A stretch of 64,000 nucleotides of DNA from contig CAWJSJ010000004.1 in NCBI GenBank assembly GCA_963845565.1, positions 200,531 to 264,530 on the forward strand. The letters run 5' to 3'. The position numbers and the translations under genes were made by a program. Below are positions 20,810 through 30,909 of the stretch, piece by piece; positions within the stretch are counted from its first letter, which is position 1, and each line of letters opens with the position of its first letter. Below the pieces are notes generated by a model, which worked only from the letters and a program-made list of their open reading frames with translations, had not been told where the DNA came from and searched no databases. The DNA comes from an uncultured Methylomirabilota bacterium (GTDB lineage Bacteria > Methylomirabilota > Methylomirabilia > Methylomirabilales > 2-02-FULL-66-22).

Positions 20810-22375
20810 ATGCAGCGATCGGGACGGATGGCGATTCGACGGGCGCTCACCGGCGCCCTGCTCTGCGGGCTGTTTCCGTTCGCGGCGGCGTCCGGGGGCG
20901 AGGGACAACCCCCGCTCGCGCTGGATCTGCAGGTCGCCCAGATGGGCACGGCGCAAACCCCGGCGCGCCCGGCGCCGGGGGTCATGGCGCTCTCCATGAA
21001 GGAGAGCATCGCGCTCGCCTTGAAAGGTAACCTGGACATCGCCATTGAGGGGTTCACGCCGCAGATCCGGGAGCAGGATCTGCTGTCGGAGAAATCGGTG
21101 TACGATCCGAGCGCCTTCCTGGAGGCGTTACGATCCGACAACAGATTGCCGGCCACGCTGAACCTCTTGACGGGCGCGCGCGTGCTGAGCGACCTTTGGG
21201 ATTTCAACACCGGCTTGCGGCAGAAGCTGCCGACGGGGGGCTCCTACGAACTGCGCTTCAACAACGAATTCCTCCGGGTGCCCGGTTCGGCCAGTGGAGA
21301 CGGGTTTATCAGCAAACTTGCGTTGACCGTCACCCAGCCGCTGCTCCGGAACTTCGGGTTCGAGGCGAACGAAACCGGAATCCGAATCGCCACCAACAAC
21401 CAGTCGATCTCGCGGGAGCAGCTGCGGCTGAAGGTGAGCAGCATCACGACGCAGGTCCAGAACGCGTACGTGGAGTTGGTGTTTGCGATCCAGAACCTGG
21501 AAGTGCAGCGCCGGTCGCTGAAGCTGGCGCAGGACCTCATGACGCTGAACAAGGCCCGGGTGCGGGCCGGGGTAGCGGCACCGGTCGAGGTGACCCAGGC
21601 CGAGGCACAGGAGGCCGCGCGGGTGCAGGATGTGATCGTGGCGGAGAAGGCGGTGCGGGATGCGGAGGACAGCCTCAAGGTCATCCTGAACATCCCGGGG
21701 TCGACGGGCTGGGGCCAGGAAATTCAGCCGACGTACAGCCTCAGCTTTGACCCGAAGCCGGTCAATCTCGAGGAGGCCATCCGGACCGCCCTGGATAGCC
21801 GATACGAGTACAAGAGCGCGAAGCTGGACATCGAGAACCGCGACCTCTCGGTCCGGCTGACGCGGAACCAATTACTGCCGGATCTGGCGTTGGCCGGGAG
21901 CGTCTTCACGAACGGGTTTGGGGCGAGTTACGGAAGCAACATGGACGCGATGACGAGCGGAGACTTCGTGTCCTACTCGGTCGGGGTGGTGCTGACCGTT
22001 CCCCTGGGAAACCGATCGGCCGAGGCAAGCTATACCAAGGCCCGCTTGACAGCCGAGCAAGCCAAGACGTCCCTTAGGCAGCTCGAACTTCAGATTGTCC
22101 AGCAGGTGCGCGAGGGCGTACGCCGTGTGGAGGCGAACGCGCGGCGGGTCGACGCAAACCGGGCCGCGCGGATCTTGGCGGAGGAACAGCTCCGGGTCGA
22201 GCAGCGCCGCCTGGAAGCCGGGGTTACCACGACCTTCAACGTCCTGTCGTTCCAGCGCGATCTGGCCCAGGCCCAAGCGAGCGAGATTCGAGCCATCGCG
22301 GATTATTACAATTCGTTGGCAAATCTGGAAAGCGTGAGGGGGACCGTCCTGGAGGCAAACCAGATCGAGATGTAA
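20810..22375 (+). CDS. TolC family outer-membrane efflux protein
   Basis: Signal peptide, TQPLLRNFG, two coiled-coil halves, NQLLPDLAL, VPLGNR. Confidence 0.88.
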   Translation: MQRSGRMAIRRALTGALLCGLFPFAAASGGEGQPPLALDLQVAQMGTAQTPARPAPGVMALSMKESIALALKGNLDIAIEGFTPQIREQDLLSEKSVYDPSAFLEALRSDNRLPATLNLLTGARVLSDLWDFNTGLRQKLPTGGSYELRFNNEFLRVPGSASGDGFISKLALTVTQPLLRNFGFEANETGIRIATNNQSISREQLRLKVSSITTQVQNAYVELVFAIQNLEVQRRSLKLAQDLMTLNKARVRAGVAAPVEVTQAEAQEAARVQDVIVAEKAVRDAEDSLKVILNIPGSTGWGQEIQPTYSLSFDPKPVNLEEAIRTALDSRYEYKSAKLDIENRDLSVRLTRNQLLPDLALAGSVFTNGFGASYGSNMDAMTSGDFVSYSVGVVLTVPLGNRSAEASYTKARLTAEQAKTSLRQLELQIVQQVREGVRRVEANARRVDANRAARILAEEQLRVEQRRLEAGVTTTFNVLSFQRDLAQAQASEIRAIADYYNSLANLESVRGTVLEANQIEM

Positions 22376-22529
22376 GAGAACGACCGGTACCCGGTTGAGA
22401 AGAGGGGGAAGCGCGCGGCAAAGTGCAACATCCCGGCCGGCGCTTCCCCCTTAGACGTTGGGGCCGCATTCTCCACCCGCGGGACGCCATGCGGTCGCCG
22501 TGCAACATGCGCCCCCGCGGATCTCGCCG

Positions 22530-22922
22530 CTACTCGGGGACGTTCCGGACGAAGGAGTTCGCCAGGATCTTTCGCAGCTCGGACGCCAGCGCCGCGTCCG
22601 GGATTTCCCGCAGGATCACCCGCAAGGAAAAGCCGCACTTCTTGCACCGCTTGTATTGAAACACCCAGCGGCCGTCTTCTTGCGGCGTTCCGATTTCCTC
22701 CATATCCGTGAAGCAGCACGGGCCGGATCGGACCGGCGAGACGATGCGCTCCGGGAACTGGTTCTTCGCCGGCTTCTGGTCCGTGTATTCCACGATGGTC
22801 GCCAGGGGCTGCTCCACGTTCCCGCCGTGGGAGAGCCGAGAGGCGGCCGAGCGATCGGCCGGCCGGCGAGCTTCCAGGTTCGAGCCGATGGCACTTCTCT
22901 TCATTTCGATTCGACGGGCCAT
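22530..22922 (-). CDS. Hypothetical protein with Cys motifs (possible Zn ribbon)
   Basis: GPCC...YKRCKKCGF; RBS AGGGGG; 9 bp downstream of tetR. Confidence 0.6.
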   Translation of the reverse strand: MARRIEMKRSAIGSNLEARRPADRSAASRLSHGGNVEQPLATIVEYTDQKPAKNQFPERIVSPVRSGPCCFTDMEEIGTPQEDGRWVFQYKRCKKCGFSLRVILREIPDAALASELRKILANSFVRNVPE

Positions 22923-22931
22923 GGTGTCCCC

Positions 22932-23546
22932 CTATGAGGTGTGGCGGTCCTCGGTGTGTTGAGCCACGCGGTGCAAAGTCACGTGCGCCTTCAGTTCGTC
23001 CATGACGTTCGCCATCAGATCGGCATTCCGGTGCAACTTTCCCATCATGAAGGCTCCCTCCAGCCCGGCAAGGATGAAGTGGGCCAAGCGGGGGATGTCC
23101 GTTCCGGGCCGCAATGTGTCCTGGAGTCTCGCGCGTTCGAGAGTTGCCTCGAGCTTCGACTGCAACTGGCCGAAGGCCTGGCTCAATCGCGTCCGGAACC
23201 CTTCGTGGACATCGCTCATCTCCATCGCAAGATTGCCCAGCGGGCATCCTCCCGTGCATCCGTCCCGCCGGACCCGCTCCATCGGGAACTCCAAGAACAT
23301 CTCCAGCTGCGTCCACGGGTCGAGATCTGTCGCGAAGACCCGCTCGAGCACATCTTCCCGGATCCGTTCCAACGTCCGATCCAGCGCAGCGTAGCCCAGT
23401 TCGTCCTTGCTCTTGAAATAGTAGTAGAGGTTGCCTTTCCCGACGCCGCTCTCGCGCAGGATGTCGTCCACGGAGGTGTTATGAAAACCGCGCAGATGGA
23501 TCAATCGTCCCGCTGCGTCCAGAATGTGCTCTCTCGTGCTGGTCAT
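22932..23546 (-). CDS. TetR/AcrR family regulator
   Basis: HTH GFHNTSVDDIL...KGNLYYYFKSKDEL; GGCPLGNLAMEMS. Confidence 0.93.
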   Translation of the reverse strand: MTSTREHILDAAGRLIHLRGFHNTSVDDILRESGVGKGNLYYYFKSKDELGYAALDRTLERIREDVLERVFATDLDPWTQLEMFLEFPMERVRRDGCTGGCPLGNLAMEMSDVHEGFRTRLSQAFGQLQSKLEATLERARLQDTLRPGTDIPRLAHFILAGLEGAFMMGKLHRNADLMANVMDELKAHVTLHRVAQHTEDRHTS

Positions 23547-23557
23547 TCACCACCCGT

Positions 23558-23615
23558 GTACTAACCGGTCCGTTTTTATGATTCAGGATATACAAGATGG
23601 GATTGGTCCTGTCAA
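23558..23615 (-). promoter_or_regulatory. Sigma70 promoter of tetR with candidate operator
   Basis: TTGACA (23610-23615), 17 bp, TATATC; imperfect palindrome AAACGGACCGGTTAGT downstream. Confidence 0.5.
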
Positions 23616-23930
23616 GAACAATTTTTATATCGAACAACCATGAGATTCGTAACTATATGTTTTATATGATAACAATAAGTCTATTTTCTTCTTTTGAAAG
23701 CGTTCTTCCTTCCGAGACCTGAAACGATGGTGGTTCCAAGATCGCCAGAAACACCCAGACGGAACTCACTTCAGATGCAAGAGGAGGGAAGCATTCCGCG
23801 AGGCGTCAGCAGCGAGGAGACGAGCAGCACCTCAGAGTCGGAGCGTCACCACGCCGCAAACGCTCCGGGGTGACGGCCACGCAGCCCCAAATCTCCGGGT
23901 AACGCCGGGGCGGCGAACGGGTAGCGGGCG

Positions 23931-24092
23931 AGACCGCCGGAGGCCCGGGCAGCCCCTCCGGCCGCCTGGCGCGCCGTCGAGAACCGCGCCGCCTTGCACC
24001 GGGTCGGGCCGCACGCAACGCGGCCCTCCGGGCCGGCGCCGGCGGCGCCGCGGGCGCGGCGGCGTCGGATCCGCCCGGGCCTCCGGCGGTCT
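23931..24092. repeat. 162-bp GC-rich element with perfect 20-bp terminal inverted repeats
   Basis: AGACCGCCGGAGGCCCGGGC (23931-23950) and its exact reverse complement (24073-24092). Confidence 0.7.
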
Positions 24093-24354
24093 AGGTGTCA
24101 CCCAGTGGGTGCTCCCTCGGCGTCTGCGCGGTGTGCGGGAAGCCGCCCCGGCTGCGGCGACGCGGCTACAGGGCGTTGTTCTGCGGAAGCAAACCGGAGA
24201 ATGGGGGCAGCCCAGCTTTCTTGATGGGGGTAGGCAAATGTGTTAGGCTCATGCCACCTCGCGCCGCTGCGCAACGGTACGAGGCGGCGTGGGGCCAGGG
24301 CGCGCCGGTGTATGCGGTGGCGGACCGCCGGTTTCGCGTTTGCGAGGAGCGAAG

Positions 24355-24993
24355 ATGGCGTCAACTCTCCGGATCGGAGTGGACGTAGACGACGTCCTGG
24401 TAGAATCCCTGCCTGGCTACCTCGACGCCTTCCGGAGGTATTTCGGCCACGAGGTCAGGATTGAAGAGGCGATGTGGGAAATCTCTCATCGCTATCCGGA
24501 CATCCCGGCTGCGGCCTGGTCCGGTTTTTATGCGGAGCTGGAGGCTACCGATTTCTTGGCCACCCGCCCGGTCTATCCGGACGCAGTGGCGGGGATCCGA
24601 TCCCTGGCCGCGCGGGGCCACCGACTGGTTGTGGTGACAGGCCGCCTCGCCATGCACCGGCAGCATACCCGGCGGCTGCTGCAGGGCGCGGGGATCGTGG
24701 CGCTGTTCGAAGAGCTGGTCCATCGGAACGGCGAGGCCGCTGCAGCCTACAAGCCCCGCATCGTCCGCGAAAAACGGCTCCAGCTTCTGATCGAGGATGA
24801 GCTGCACGTGGCCTTGGCGGCGGCTCGGGTCCCGGTCCCGGTTTTCCTCGTGGATCGGCCCTGGAACCAGGGCGATCTCCCGCAGAATGTGACGCGGATC
24901 GGGAGCTGGGACCAGCTCCTGCGCGAGGTCCAGGCCTTTGCCGCCCGCGCGGCGGCGCCGGACGGCGATCCTACCGAGTGCGTGCGGGGTTAG
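24355..24993 (+). CDS. HAD-superfamily 5'(3')-nucleotidase-like protein
   Basis: IGVDVDDVL, VVTGR, LIEDE, DRPWN. Confidence 0.8.
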   Translation: MASTLRIGVDVDDVLVESLPGYLDAFRRYFGHEVRIEEAMWEISHRYPDIPAAAWSGFYAELEATDFLATRPVYPDAVAGIRSLAARGHRLVVVTGRLAMHRQHTRRLLQGAGIVALFEELVHRNGEAAAAYKPRIVREKRLQLLIEDELHVALAAARVPVPVFLVDRPWNQGDLPQNVTRIGSWDQLLREVQAFAARAAAPDGDPTECVRG

Positions 24994-25010
24994 GAGCCGT
25001 TACGAAATAA
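24989..25010. repeat. Solo half-site of the ~105-bp element
   Basis: GTTAGGAGCCGTTACGAAATAA is the exact reverse complement of 51939-51960. Confidence 0.85.
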
Positions 25011-25615
25011 TGGGAAAGATCGCGATCGAGCGAAATGCCTTTCTCGCCCCCGTGCCTGTCGTGCTGCTCTCCTGTATCGGCGAGGACGGTGTCCCCAACA
25101 TCATGACCGCTTCCTGGGTGAGCGTGGTGTGCGCTACGCCACCCATGGTCGCCGTGGCGATCCGGCCCGAGCGACACACCTACGGCCTCGTCCGTGAGAC
25201 CGGGGAGTTCGTCCTGAATATCCCGTCCGCCTCGATGCTGCGTGTCGTGGATTTCTGCGGCACGGCGTCCGGTGGGACGGCGGACAAGTTCGTCCAGGCG
25301 CATCTGACTCCGACACCGAGCGACAAGGTGCGCGCGCCCATGATCGAGGAGTGCCCCATCAACCTGGAATGCATCGTGCGTCACACGCTGCCCCTCGGGT
25401 CGCACGTCCTGTTCGTGGCGGAGGTGGCGGCGGTGCATGCGGATGCCGGCGTGGTCGAGGACGGGATGATCGTCCTGGGCCGGGTGGCCCCCTTGACGTA
25501 CGATCCCTTCGGCGGCGATTACTGGAGCCTGAAAGAGGTCGTGGCTCACCACGGTTTCAGCGACGCCAGCATGCCGGAGCGGACCGAAAAGAAGAAGATC
25601 CAGCAGCGGCAATGA
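25010..25615 (+). CDS. Flavin reductase family protein
   Basis: PVPVVLLS, NIMTASW, RPERHTY, GEFVLNIP, IEECPINLEC, LGSHVLF. Confidence 0.9.
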   Translation: MGKIAIERNAFLAPVPVVLLSCIGEDGVPNIMTASWVSVVCATPPMVAVAIRPERHTYGLVRETGEFVLNIPSASMLRVVDFCGTASGGTADKFVQAHLTPTPSDKVRAPMIEECPINLECIVRHTLPLGSHVLFVAEVAAVHADAGVVEDGMIVLGRVAPLTYDPFGGDYWSLKEVVAHHGFSDASMPERTEKKKIQQRQ

Positions 25616-25717
25616 GCCGTTGTCAAAGAATGACTTGACCGGAGAAATTCCGGGATGGCCTAAGGAGCCGTACCGAAATTGCAGAAAATGGCCAAGTCAT
25701 TTCGTAACGGCTCCTAA
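25613..25717 (+). mobile_element. ~105-bp bipartite palindromic element, copy 1 (MITE/REPIN-like)
   Basis: TGAGCCGTTGTCAAAGAATGACTTGACC...TAAGGAGCCGTACCGAAAT...ATTTCGTAACGGCTCCTAA; homologous to 50539-50644 and 51857-51959. Confidence 0.75.
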
Positions 25718-25732
25718 GCGCGAGAGGGTGCG

Positions 25733-26257
25733 ATGGACAGCGAGTTGCCCCCGGATACTTTGAACGAGATCGGCGTATTGAAACGGCGCGAGATCGAGGC
25801 GCGCATCCTGGCGCCCATGATCGCCGCCTTCGCGGCGGAGTTCGGGCGCGAGCGGGTCGCGGAGATCGCCCAGCGGGTGATCGTGGACATTGCGCGGCGC
25901 CAGGGCCGGGCGCTGGCGGAGCAGATGGGCGGCAATAGTCTGCCGCACTTCGTGCAGAGCAAGGAAAATTGGGTGAAGGGCGGTGCGCTGGCGATCGAGG
26001 TGTTGCAGGCCAACGATACCGCGTACGACTTCAACGTCACGCGCTGCCGGTACGCCGAGATGTACCGGGCACTGGGCATCCCCGAACTGGGCGCGGTGCT
26101 GTCCTGCGGCCGCGACGGCGCGCTGGGGGAGGGATTCAACGCGGGGTTGACCCTCACCCGGACCCAGACGATCATGGAAGGGGCCCCCGTCTGCGATTTC
26201 CGGTACCGCCTGGACCCCGCAGACGCACCGAGCGCCGAGCGCCACGAGCCGGGATAG
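25733..26257 (+). CDS. L-2-amino-thiazoline-4-carboxylic acid hydrolase-like protein
   Basis: [40 protein letters not shown]. Confidence 0.82.
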   Translation: MDSELPPDTLNEIGVLKRREIEARILAPMIAAFAAEFGRERVAEIAQRVIVDIARRQGRALAEQMGGNSLPHFVQSKENWVKGGALAIEVLQANDTAYDFNVTRCRYAEMYRALGIPELGAVLSCGRDGALGEGFNAGLTLTRTQTIMEGAPVCDFRYRLDPADAPSAERHEPG

Positions 26258-26521
26258 CCACAAGCACCAGTCCGGCCCGACTACCGGCATCACCGCACCG
26301 GCGAGGACAACGCCGGGCGCACCTCACTGCCCAGCGCGCGACTCGGCCGGACGACCTCGGGTCGGACACCCCCGCCAGTTCCGCGTTGCTCCGCGCCACA
26401 GCCCTGTCACAGAGTACCCCGTTCGCACCGCACCGTCCCGCCCCTCCGAAATCTTGCGGTGCCGTTCCGCGCGACCGCCACGCGCTGTGTAGGCGCGACC
26501 AAAGGGCGTTGCGGAACCCGC

Positions 26522-26565
26522 TTGACGCCGTGAGGTTGGTAGACTAGGATTTGGTTATCCTAAAT
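26522..26565 (+). promoter_or_regulatory. Sigma70 promoter with overlapping DtxR/MntR-type operator
   Basis: TTGACG, 17 bp, TAGGAT; palindrome TAGGAT-N6-ATCCTA and ATTTGGTTATCCTAAAT over the -10, directly upstream of the DtxR-family gene. Confidence 0.7.
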
Positions 26566-26581
26566 TAATTGTTTGGAGAAC

Positions 26582-27301
26582 ATGATGCTGAGCGAGTCGA
26601 TGCAGGATTACCTCAAAGCCATCTTCAAGCTGCAGGAACATGGCGGGCCGGTGTCCACCTCGGCCGTGGCGGGGTCGCTGGGCGTATCGGCGCCCTCGGT
26701 CACGGGGATGATGAAGAAGCTCGCCGGCTTGCGGTTGCTGCGCCACCATCCCTACCAGGGGGTGGTGTTGACCAAGGCGGGGCAGCGGATTGCTCTCGAG
26801 GTGATCCGGCACCACCGTCTCCTAGAGCTCTACCTGTCGCAGGCGCTGGGATACAGCCTGGACCGGGTGCATGACGAGGCGGAGAAGCTCGAACACGCGA
26901 TCTCGGAAGAGTTCGCGGAGAAGATCTTCGAGGCCCTGGGGCGGCCGACCTCGGACCCGCATGGCCATCCGATCCCGGCCAGGGATGGGCGGCTGGATCG
27001 AGCGGTCTACGAGCTCCTGTCGGAACTGGAGCCGGGGGCGTGCGGCGTCATCCGGCAGGTGAGTGACGGGGACGCGGAGATCCTACGTTATCTGGGTTCC
27101 AGAGGATTGGTCCCCGAGACTGCGGTGGAGGTCCTGGAGAAGGCCCCGTTCGACGGGCCGCTCACCGTGCGGACGGGAGACAGTTCGCATATCCTGGGGC
27201 GCCGGGTGGCGTCGCAGATCCGGGTGGAGGCCGGCGATCTCCCGGCCGCGCCCCGTGGCGCGCGAGTGCGATCGGGGACGAAGAACAACGCCAGGGCGTG
27301 A
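26582..27301 (+). CDS. mntR: DtxR/MntR family metal-dependent repressor with FeoA domain
   Basis: QDYLKAIF, SVTGMMKKL, RHHRLLELYL, EAEKLEHAIS, DPHGHPIP, C-terminal FeoA. Confidence 0.9.
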   Translation: MMLSESMQDYLKAIFKLQEHGGPVSTSAVAGSLGVSAPSVTGMMKKLAGLRLLRHHPYQGVVLTKAGQRIALEVIRHHRLLELYLSQALGYSLDRVHDEAEKLEHAISEEFAEKIFEALGRPTSDPHGHPIPARDGRLDRAVYELLSELEPGACGVIRQVSDGDAEILRYLGSRGLVPETAVEVLEKAPFDGPLTVRTGDSSHILGRRVASQIRVEAGDLPAAPRGARVRSGTKNNARA

Positions 27302-27345
27302 AGGGGCCGGGCGGACAAGGGTTCGCACGGCACAAGGAGCGCGAC

Positions 27346-28389
27346 ATGACTGCGTGGCTGGTTGGGGTGATCGTCGGCGTCGTCGTGAGCTTCGGAGTGA
27401 TCGGGCTCTTTTGGCCGGGATGGGGAATGATCCCGCGGTGGCGGCGCGCGACGCGGACAGCCGAGCGCGTGCGCATCGAGGATACGCTGAAGCACCTGTA
27501 CGAGTCCGAACTGGACGGCGTGGTGCCGAGCGTCCAGAGCGTGGCGGGGGCGCTCCGGCTGAGCGCGGACGAGGTCGGGGAGGTGTTGCAGGGGCTCCAC
27601 AGCCGGCGTCTCATGCTGATGGAAGGGGACGGCATCCGTCTCACGGCGTCCGGACGCGAGATGGGGTTGCATGTGCTCCGGGCCCACCGGCTGTGGGAAA
27701 GCTACCTGGCGGACCACACCGGCTTCCCGGAAGCCGAGTGGCACGGGCGGGCGCACCACCTCGAGCACGGGCTGTCTCCCGGGGAGGTGGACGCGCTGTC
27801 GGCGCGGCTGCAGCATCCCATCCGCGATCCCCACGGCGATCCCATTCCCACGGCCGAGGGGGAGGTCGCCGCGCAGCGCGGCGTGCCGCTGACGATCGCG
27901 CCGCTCAATGAGCCACTGGCGATCCTGCATCTCGAGGACGACTCCAAGGCGGCGTACACGGAACTGATCGCCAAGGGGTTGCATCCCGGCCTGCCCGTGC
28001 GACTCGTCGAGGCCTCGCCGGACCGGGTTCGCGTTGCGGCCGGAGGGGGCGAGCACGTTCTGAGTCCGCTGGCGGCCGCCAGCGTCTCCGTGGTTCCGCT
28101 GGCGGAAGGGCAGCGGACCGACGAGCCGGTCGGGGAGCCGCTCCATGCCCTCCGACCCGGCGAGGACGGGCGGGTGCTGTCCCTCTCGCGTCGCTGCCGC
28201 GGGGCGGAGCGTCGTCGCTTCCTGGACCTCGGCGTGCTGCCCGGGACGGTGATCCGGGCCGAGATGCGGAGTCCCAACGGCGATCCCACGGCGTACCGTA
28301 TCCGGGGTGCGCTCATCGCCCTCCGGGCGGAACAAGCGGCGGTGATCCGGGTCGAGCGGCTTCCAGAGTCCTCGGTCGCCGCCGCCTAG
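27346..28389 (+). CDS. DtxR-like protein with N-terminal TM helix and two FeoA domains
   Basis: Hydrophobic N-terminus, EDTLKHLY, HRLWESYL, LEH, DPHGDPIP, RRFLDLG...GDPTAYRIRGALIALR. Confidence 0.85.
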   Translation: MTAWLVGVIVGVVVSFGVIGLFWPGWGMIPRWRRATRTAERVRIEDTLKHLYESELDGVVPSVQSVAGALRLSADEVGEVLQGLHSRRLMLMEGDGIRLTASGREMGLHVLRAHRLWESYLADHTGFPEAEWHGRAHHLEHGLSPGEVDALSARLQHPIRDPHGDPIPTAEGEVAAQRGVPLTIAPLNEPLAILHLEDDSKAAYTELIAKGLHPGLPVRLVEASPDRVRVAAGGGEHVLSPLAAASVSVVPLAEGQRTDEPVGEPLHALRPGEDGRVLSLSRRCRGAERRRFLDLGVLPGTVIRAEMRSPNGDPTAYRIRGALIALRAEQAAVIRVERLPESSVAAA

Positions 28390-28440
28390 GTGTGTTGAAA
28401 GTTCACGCGCCCGCGGGCGAAGTTAGGGAGGTCATCAACC

Positions 28441-29283
28441 ATGACAACCACAAGCACCGGGTCCACGGCCGCGGGGTGTGCGGCCTGCCCGGTCCATCAT
28501 GTGCAGAATCTTCTCAAACTCGGCGTCACCATGGACAACTGGAATTTCGTGGTGGCGCTGGCCGGGAATCCCAACACGGGAAAGAGTACGGTCTTCAACG
28601 CCCTGACGGGGCTCCGTCAGCACACCGGGAACTGGCCCGGGAAGACCGTCACGCGGGCCGAGGGGGGATTCGAGTATCGCGGCCACCGGTTCAAACTGGT
28701 GGATCTGCCCGGGACCTACTCGCTTCTGGCCGCCAGCCCAGACGAGGAGGCCGCGCGAGATTTCCTGCTCTTCGGTCGGCCGGATGTCACGCTGGTGGTC
28801 ATGGACGCCACCCGCGTGGAGCGAAACCTCAACCTCGTCCTGCAGGTACTGGAGATCACTGACCGGGTCGTGGTCTGCCTGAACCTGATGGACGAGGCGC
28901 GCCGCCACGGCCTCCAGGTGGACGATCGGACGCTGTCCCGCGAGCTCGGGGTGCCGGTGGTTCCCGCCTCCGCGCGCTACAAGCAGGGCCTCGATCAGGT
29001 GCTGCAGGCCGTCAGCGAGGTGGCGACGGGGCAGTTTGTCTGCAAACCCCGCCGAATCCAGAACGAACCGCCGGAACTCAAACGCGCCGTCGCCGACCTG
29101 ACCACCCGCTTCGCGTCCGCCTTCCCCGGGCTACCCAACCCCCGCTGGGTCGCGCTGCGCCTGCTGGACGGGGACGAGCGTATCATTCAGGCTATCCGAC
29201 AAGGGGAGCTGGGCGAACTGGGCAGCGCGCCGCGTGCGACGGCGACCGCCGCCGAACCGGCCCTCCTGGAGGGCGTCCGATGA
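28441..29283 (+). CDS. feoB: FeoB N-terminal GTPase as a separate protein
   Basis: [29 protein letters not shown]-terminal CAACPVHH. Confidence 0.9.
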   Translation: MTTTSTGSTAAGCAACPVHHVQNLLKLGVTMDNWNFVVALAGNPNTGKSTVFNALTGLRQHTGNWPGKTVTRAEGGFEYRGHRFKLVDLPGTYSLLAASPDEEAARDFLLFGRPDVTLVVMDATRVERNLNLVLQVLEITDRVVVCLNLMDEARRHGLQVDDRTLSRELGVPVVPASARYKQGLDQVLQAVSEVATGQFVCKPRRIQNEPPELKRAVADLTTRFASAFPGLPNPRWVALRLLDGDERIIQAIRQGELGELGSAPRATATAAEPALLEGVR

Positions 29284-30719
29284 GTAACAGCCATGCGGCG
29301 CAGGTCGAAGAGATTCTGTCCACCGCACGGACCCTGCGGTCCGAGCTGGGGACCGACTCCCATGAACAATTGATGGAGGCGGTGTATGCCACGGCCGCCC
29401 ACATCGCGGACCGCGCGGTCACCCGGCCGGGCGAGACGGCTCGTCCCACCCTGGATCGCACCATCGACCGATTGGTGACCAGCCGGATCTGGGGGTTTCC
29501 CCTCATGTTCCTGTTGTTCGCCCTGATGTTCTGGCTCACCATCAGCGGCGCCAACGTGCCCTCGGGTTGGCTCGCGTGGTTGCTGGTGGACACGCTCTAC
29601 CCGATGCTGCGCGAGGGGGCCGCCGGTCTGGGACTGCCCTGGTGGCTGTGGGGCCTGCTGATCGATGGAATGTACCTCTCGACAGCCTGGGTCGTGAGCG
29701 TGATGCTGCCGCCCATGGCCATCTTCTTCCCGCTCTTCACGTTGCTGGAGGACTTCGGGTACCTTCCGCGGGTTGCCTTCAACCTGGACTGGCTCTTCAA
29801 GAAGGCGGGCGCCCACGGGAAGCAGGCCATGACGACCATGATGGGGTTCGGCTGCAATGCGGCGGGAGTCATCGCCACGCGGATCATCGACAGCCCGCGA
29901 GAACGGCTGATCGCCATCCTCACCAACAACTTCGCTCTGTGCAACGGTCGCTGGCCGACGCAGATCCTCATCGCCACGCTGTTCATCGGCACTTTGGTGC
30001 CCGCCGCGCTGGGCGGCGTGGTCTCGGCGCTCGCCGTGGTGGGCGTCGCGGTCCTGGGGGTTGTCCTGACCTTCGCGATCGCGTGGGCGCTCTCCCGGAC
30101 CGTCCTCCGGGGCCAGGTCTCGACGTTCAGTCTCGAACTGCCCCCGTATCGTCCGCCGCGGATCCTGCAGACGCTCTACACGTCGATCATCGATCGGACG
30201 ATCCTCGTGCTCTGGCGCGCCGTGGTGTGGGCGTTGCCGGCGGGCGCCCTGATCTGGCTTACGGCGAACATCCCCATCGGCGGGCGGAGCATCGCGGAGC
30301 ATCTGGTCGGTCTGCTCGATCCGCTCGGATTGCTCGTCGGCCTGAACGGCGTGATCCTGCTGGCGTATGTCCTCGCGATCCCGGCCAACGAGATCGTGAT
30401 CCCCACGGTCCTGATGCTGACCGTGCTGGTCACCGGGGCGTCTGGGGTCGGGCAGGGCGCCGGCGTGATGTTCGACCTGAAGGACGCGAACCAGTTGACG
30501 ACCCTCTTCCAGTCGGGCGGGTGGACCCTGCTGACCGGGATCAACCTGATGCTGTTCAGCCTCATCCACAACCCGTGCAGCACCACGATCTACACCATCT
30601 ACAAGGAGACCGGGAGCGCCAAGTGGACGGCGGTCGCCGCCCTCATGCCGGTGGCCCTCGGCTTTGCCGTGACGTTCCTGGTCGCGGTGGTGTGGCGACT
30701 GGTGGCTGGCGCGGGCTAG
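29280..30719 (+). CDS. feoB: FeoB membrane (gate) domain as a separate protein
   Basis: [40 protein letters not shown] overlap with the upstream gene. Confidence 0.9.
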   Translation: MSNSHAAQVEEILSTARTLRSELGTDSHEQLMEAVYATAAHIADRAVTRPGETARPTLDRTIDRLVTSRIWGFPLMFLLFALMFWLTISGANVPSGWLAWLLVDTLYPMLREGAAGLGLPWWLWGLLIDGMYLSTAWVVSVMLPPMAIFFPLFTLLEDFGYLPRVAFNLDWLFKKAGAHGKQAMTTMMGFGCNAAGVIATRIIDSPRERLIAILTNNFALCNGRWPTQILIATLFIGTLVPAALGGVVSALAVVGVAVLGVVLTFAIAWALSRTVLRGQVSTFSLELPPYRPPRILQTLYTSIIDRTILVLWRAVVWALPAGALIWLTANIPIGGRSIAEHLVGLLDPLGLLVGLNGVILLAYVLAIPANEIVIPTVLMLTVLVTGASGVGQGAGVMFDLKDANQLTTLFQSGGWTLLTGINLMLFSLIHNPCSTTIYTIYKETGSAKWTAVAALMPVALGFAVTFLVAVVWRLVAGAG

Positions 30720-30845
30720 CAGGCTGCTGAAAAAGGCCCATCTGCGGCGTTGGCACGCTCGCGCGCGCGCTGCGGCGTACGCTATAGTACGCCTGCACTC
30801 GGCCTTCGTGCGCCGCCTTGCATCTGGACCTTTTTGAGCAGCCTG
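30720..30845. mobile_element. 126-bp MITE-like element with terminal inverted repeats
   Basis: CAGGCTGCTGAAAAAGGCCCA...TGGACCTTTTTGAGCAGCCTG; starts right after the feoB TAG. Confidence 0.7.
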
Positions 30846-30909
30846 AGCGGCGCTACGGCGCAGCCTTTTCACCGGCGGTCCTGACTTGCCCGGAAGACTG
30901 AGGAGACTC

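Noticed and set aside
25613..25717. CRISPR repeat-spacer unit
   Set aside because: Copies are dispersed and inverted rather than regularly spaced direct repeats; no cas genes
29270..29290. feoB split as a sequencing frameshift
   Set aside because: Clean ATGA overlap, an RBS and a linker-like tail indicate two genuine genes
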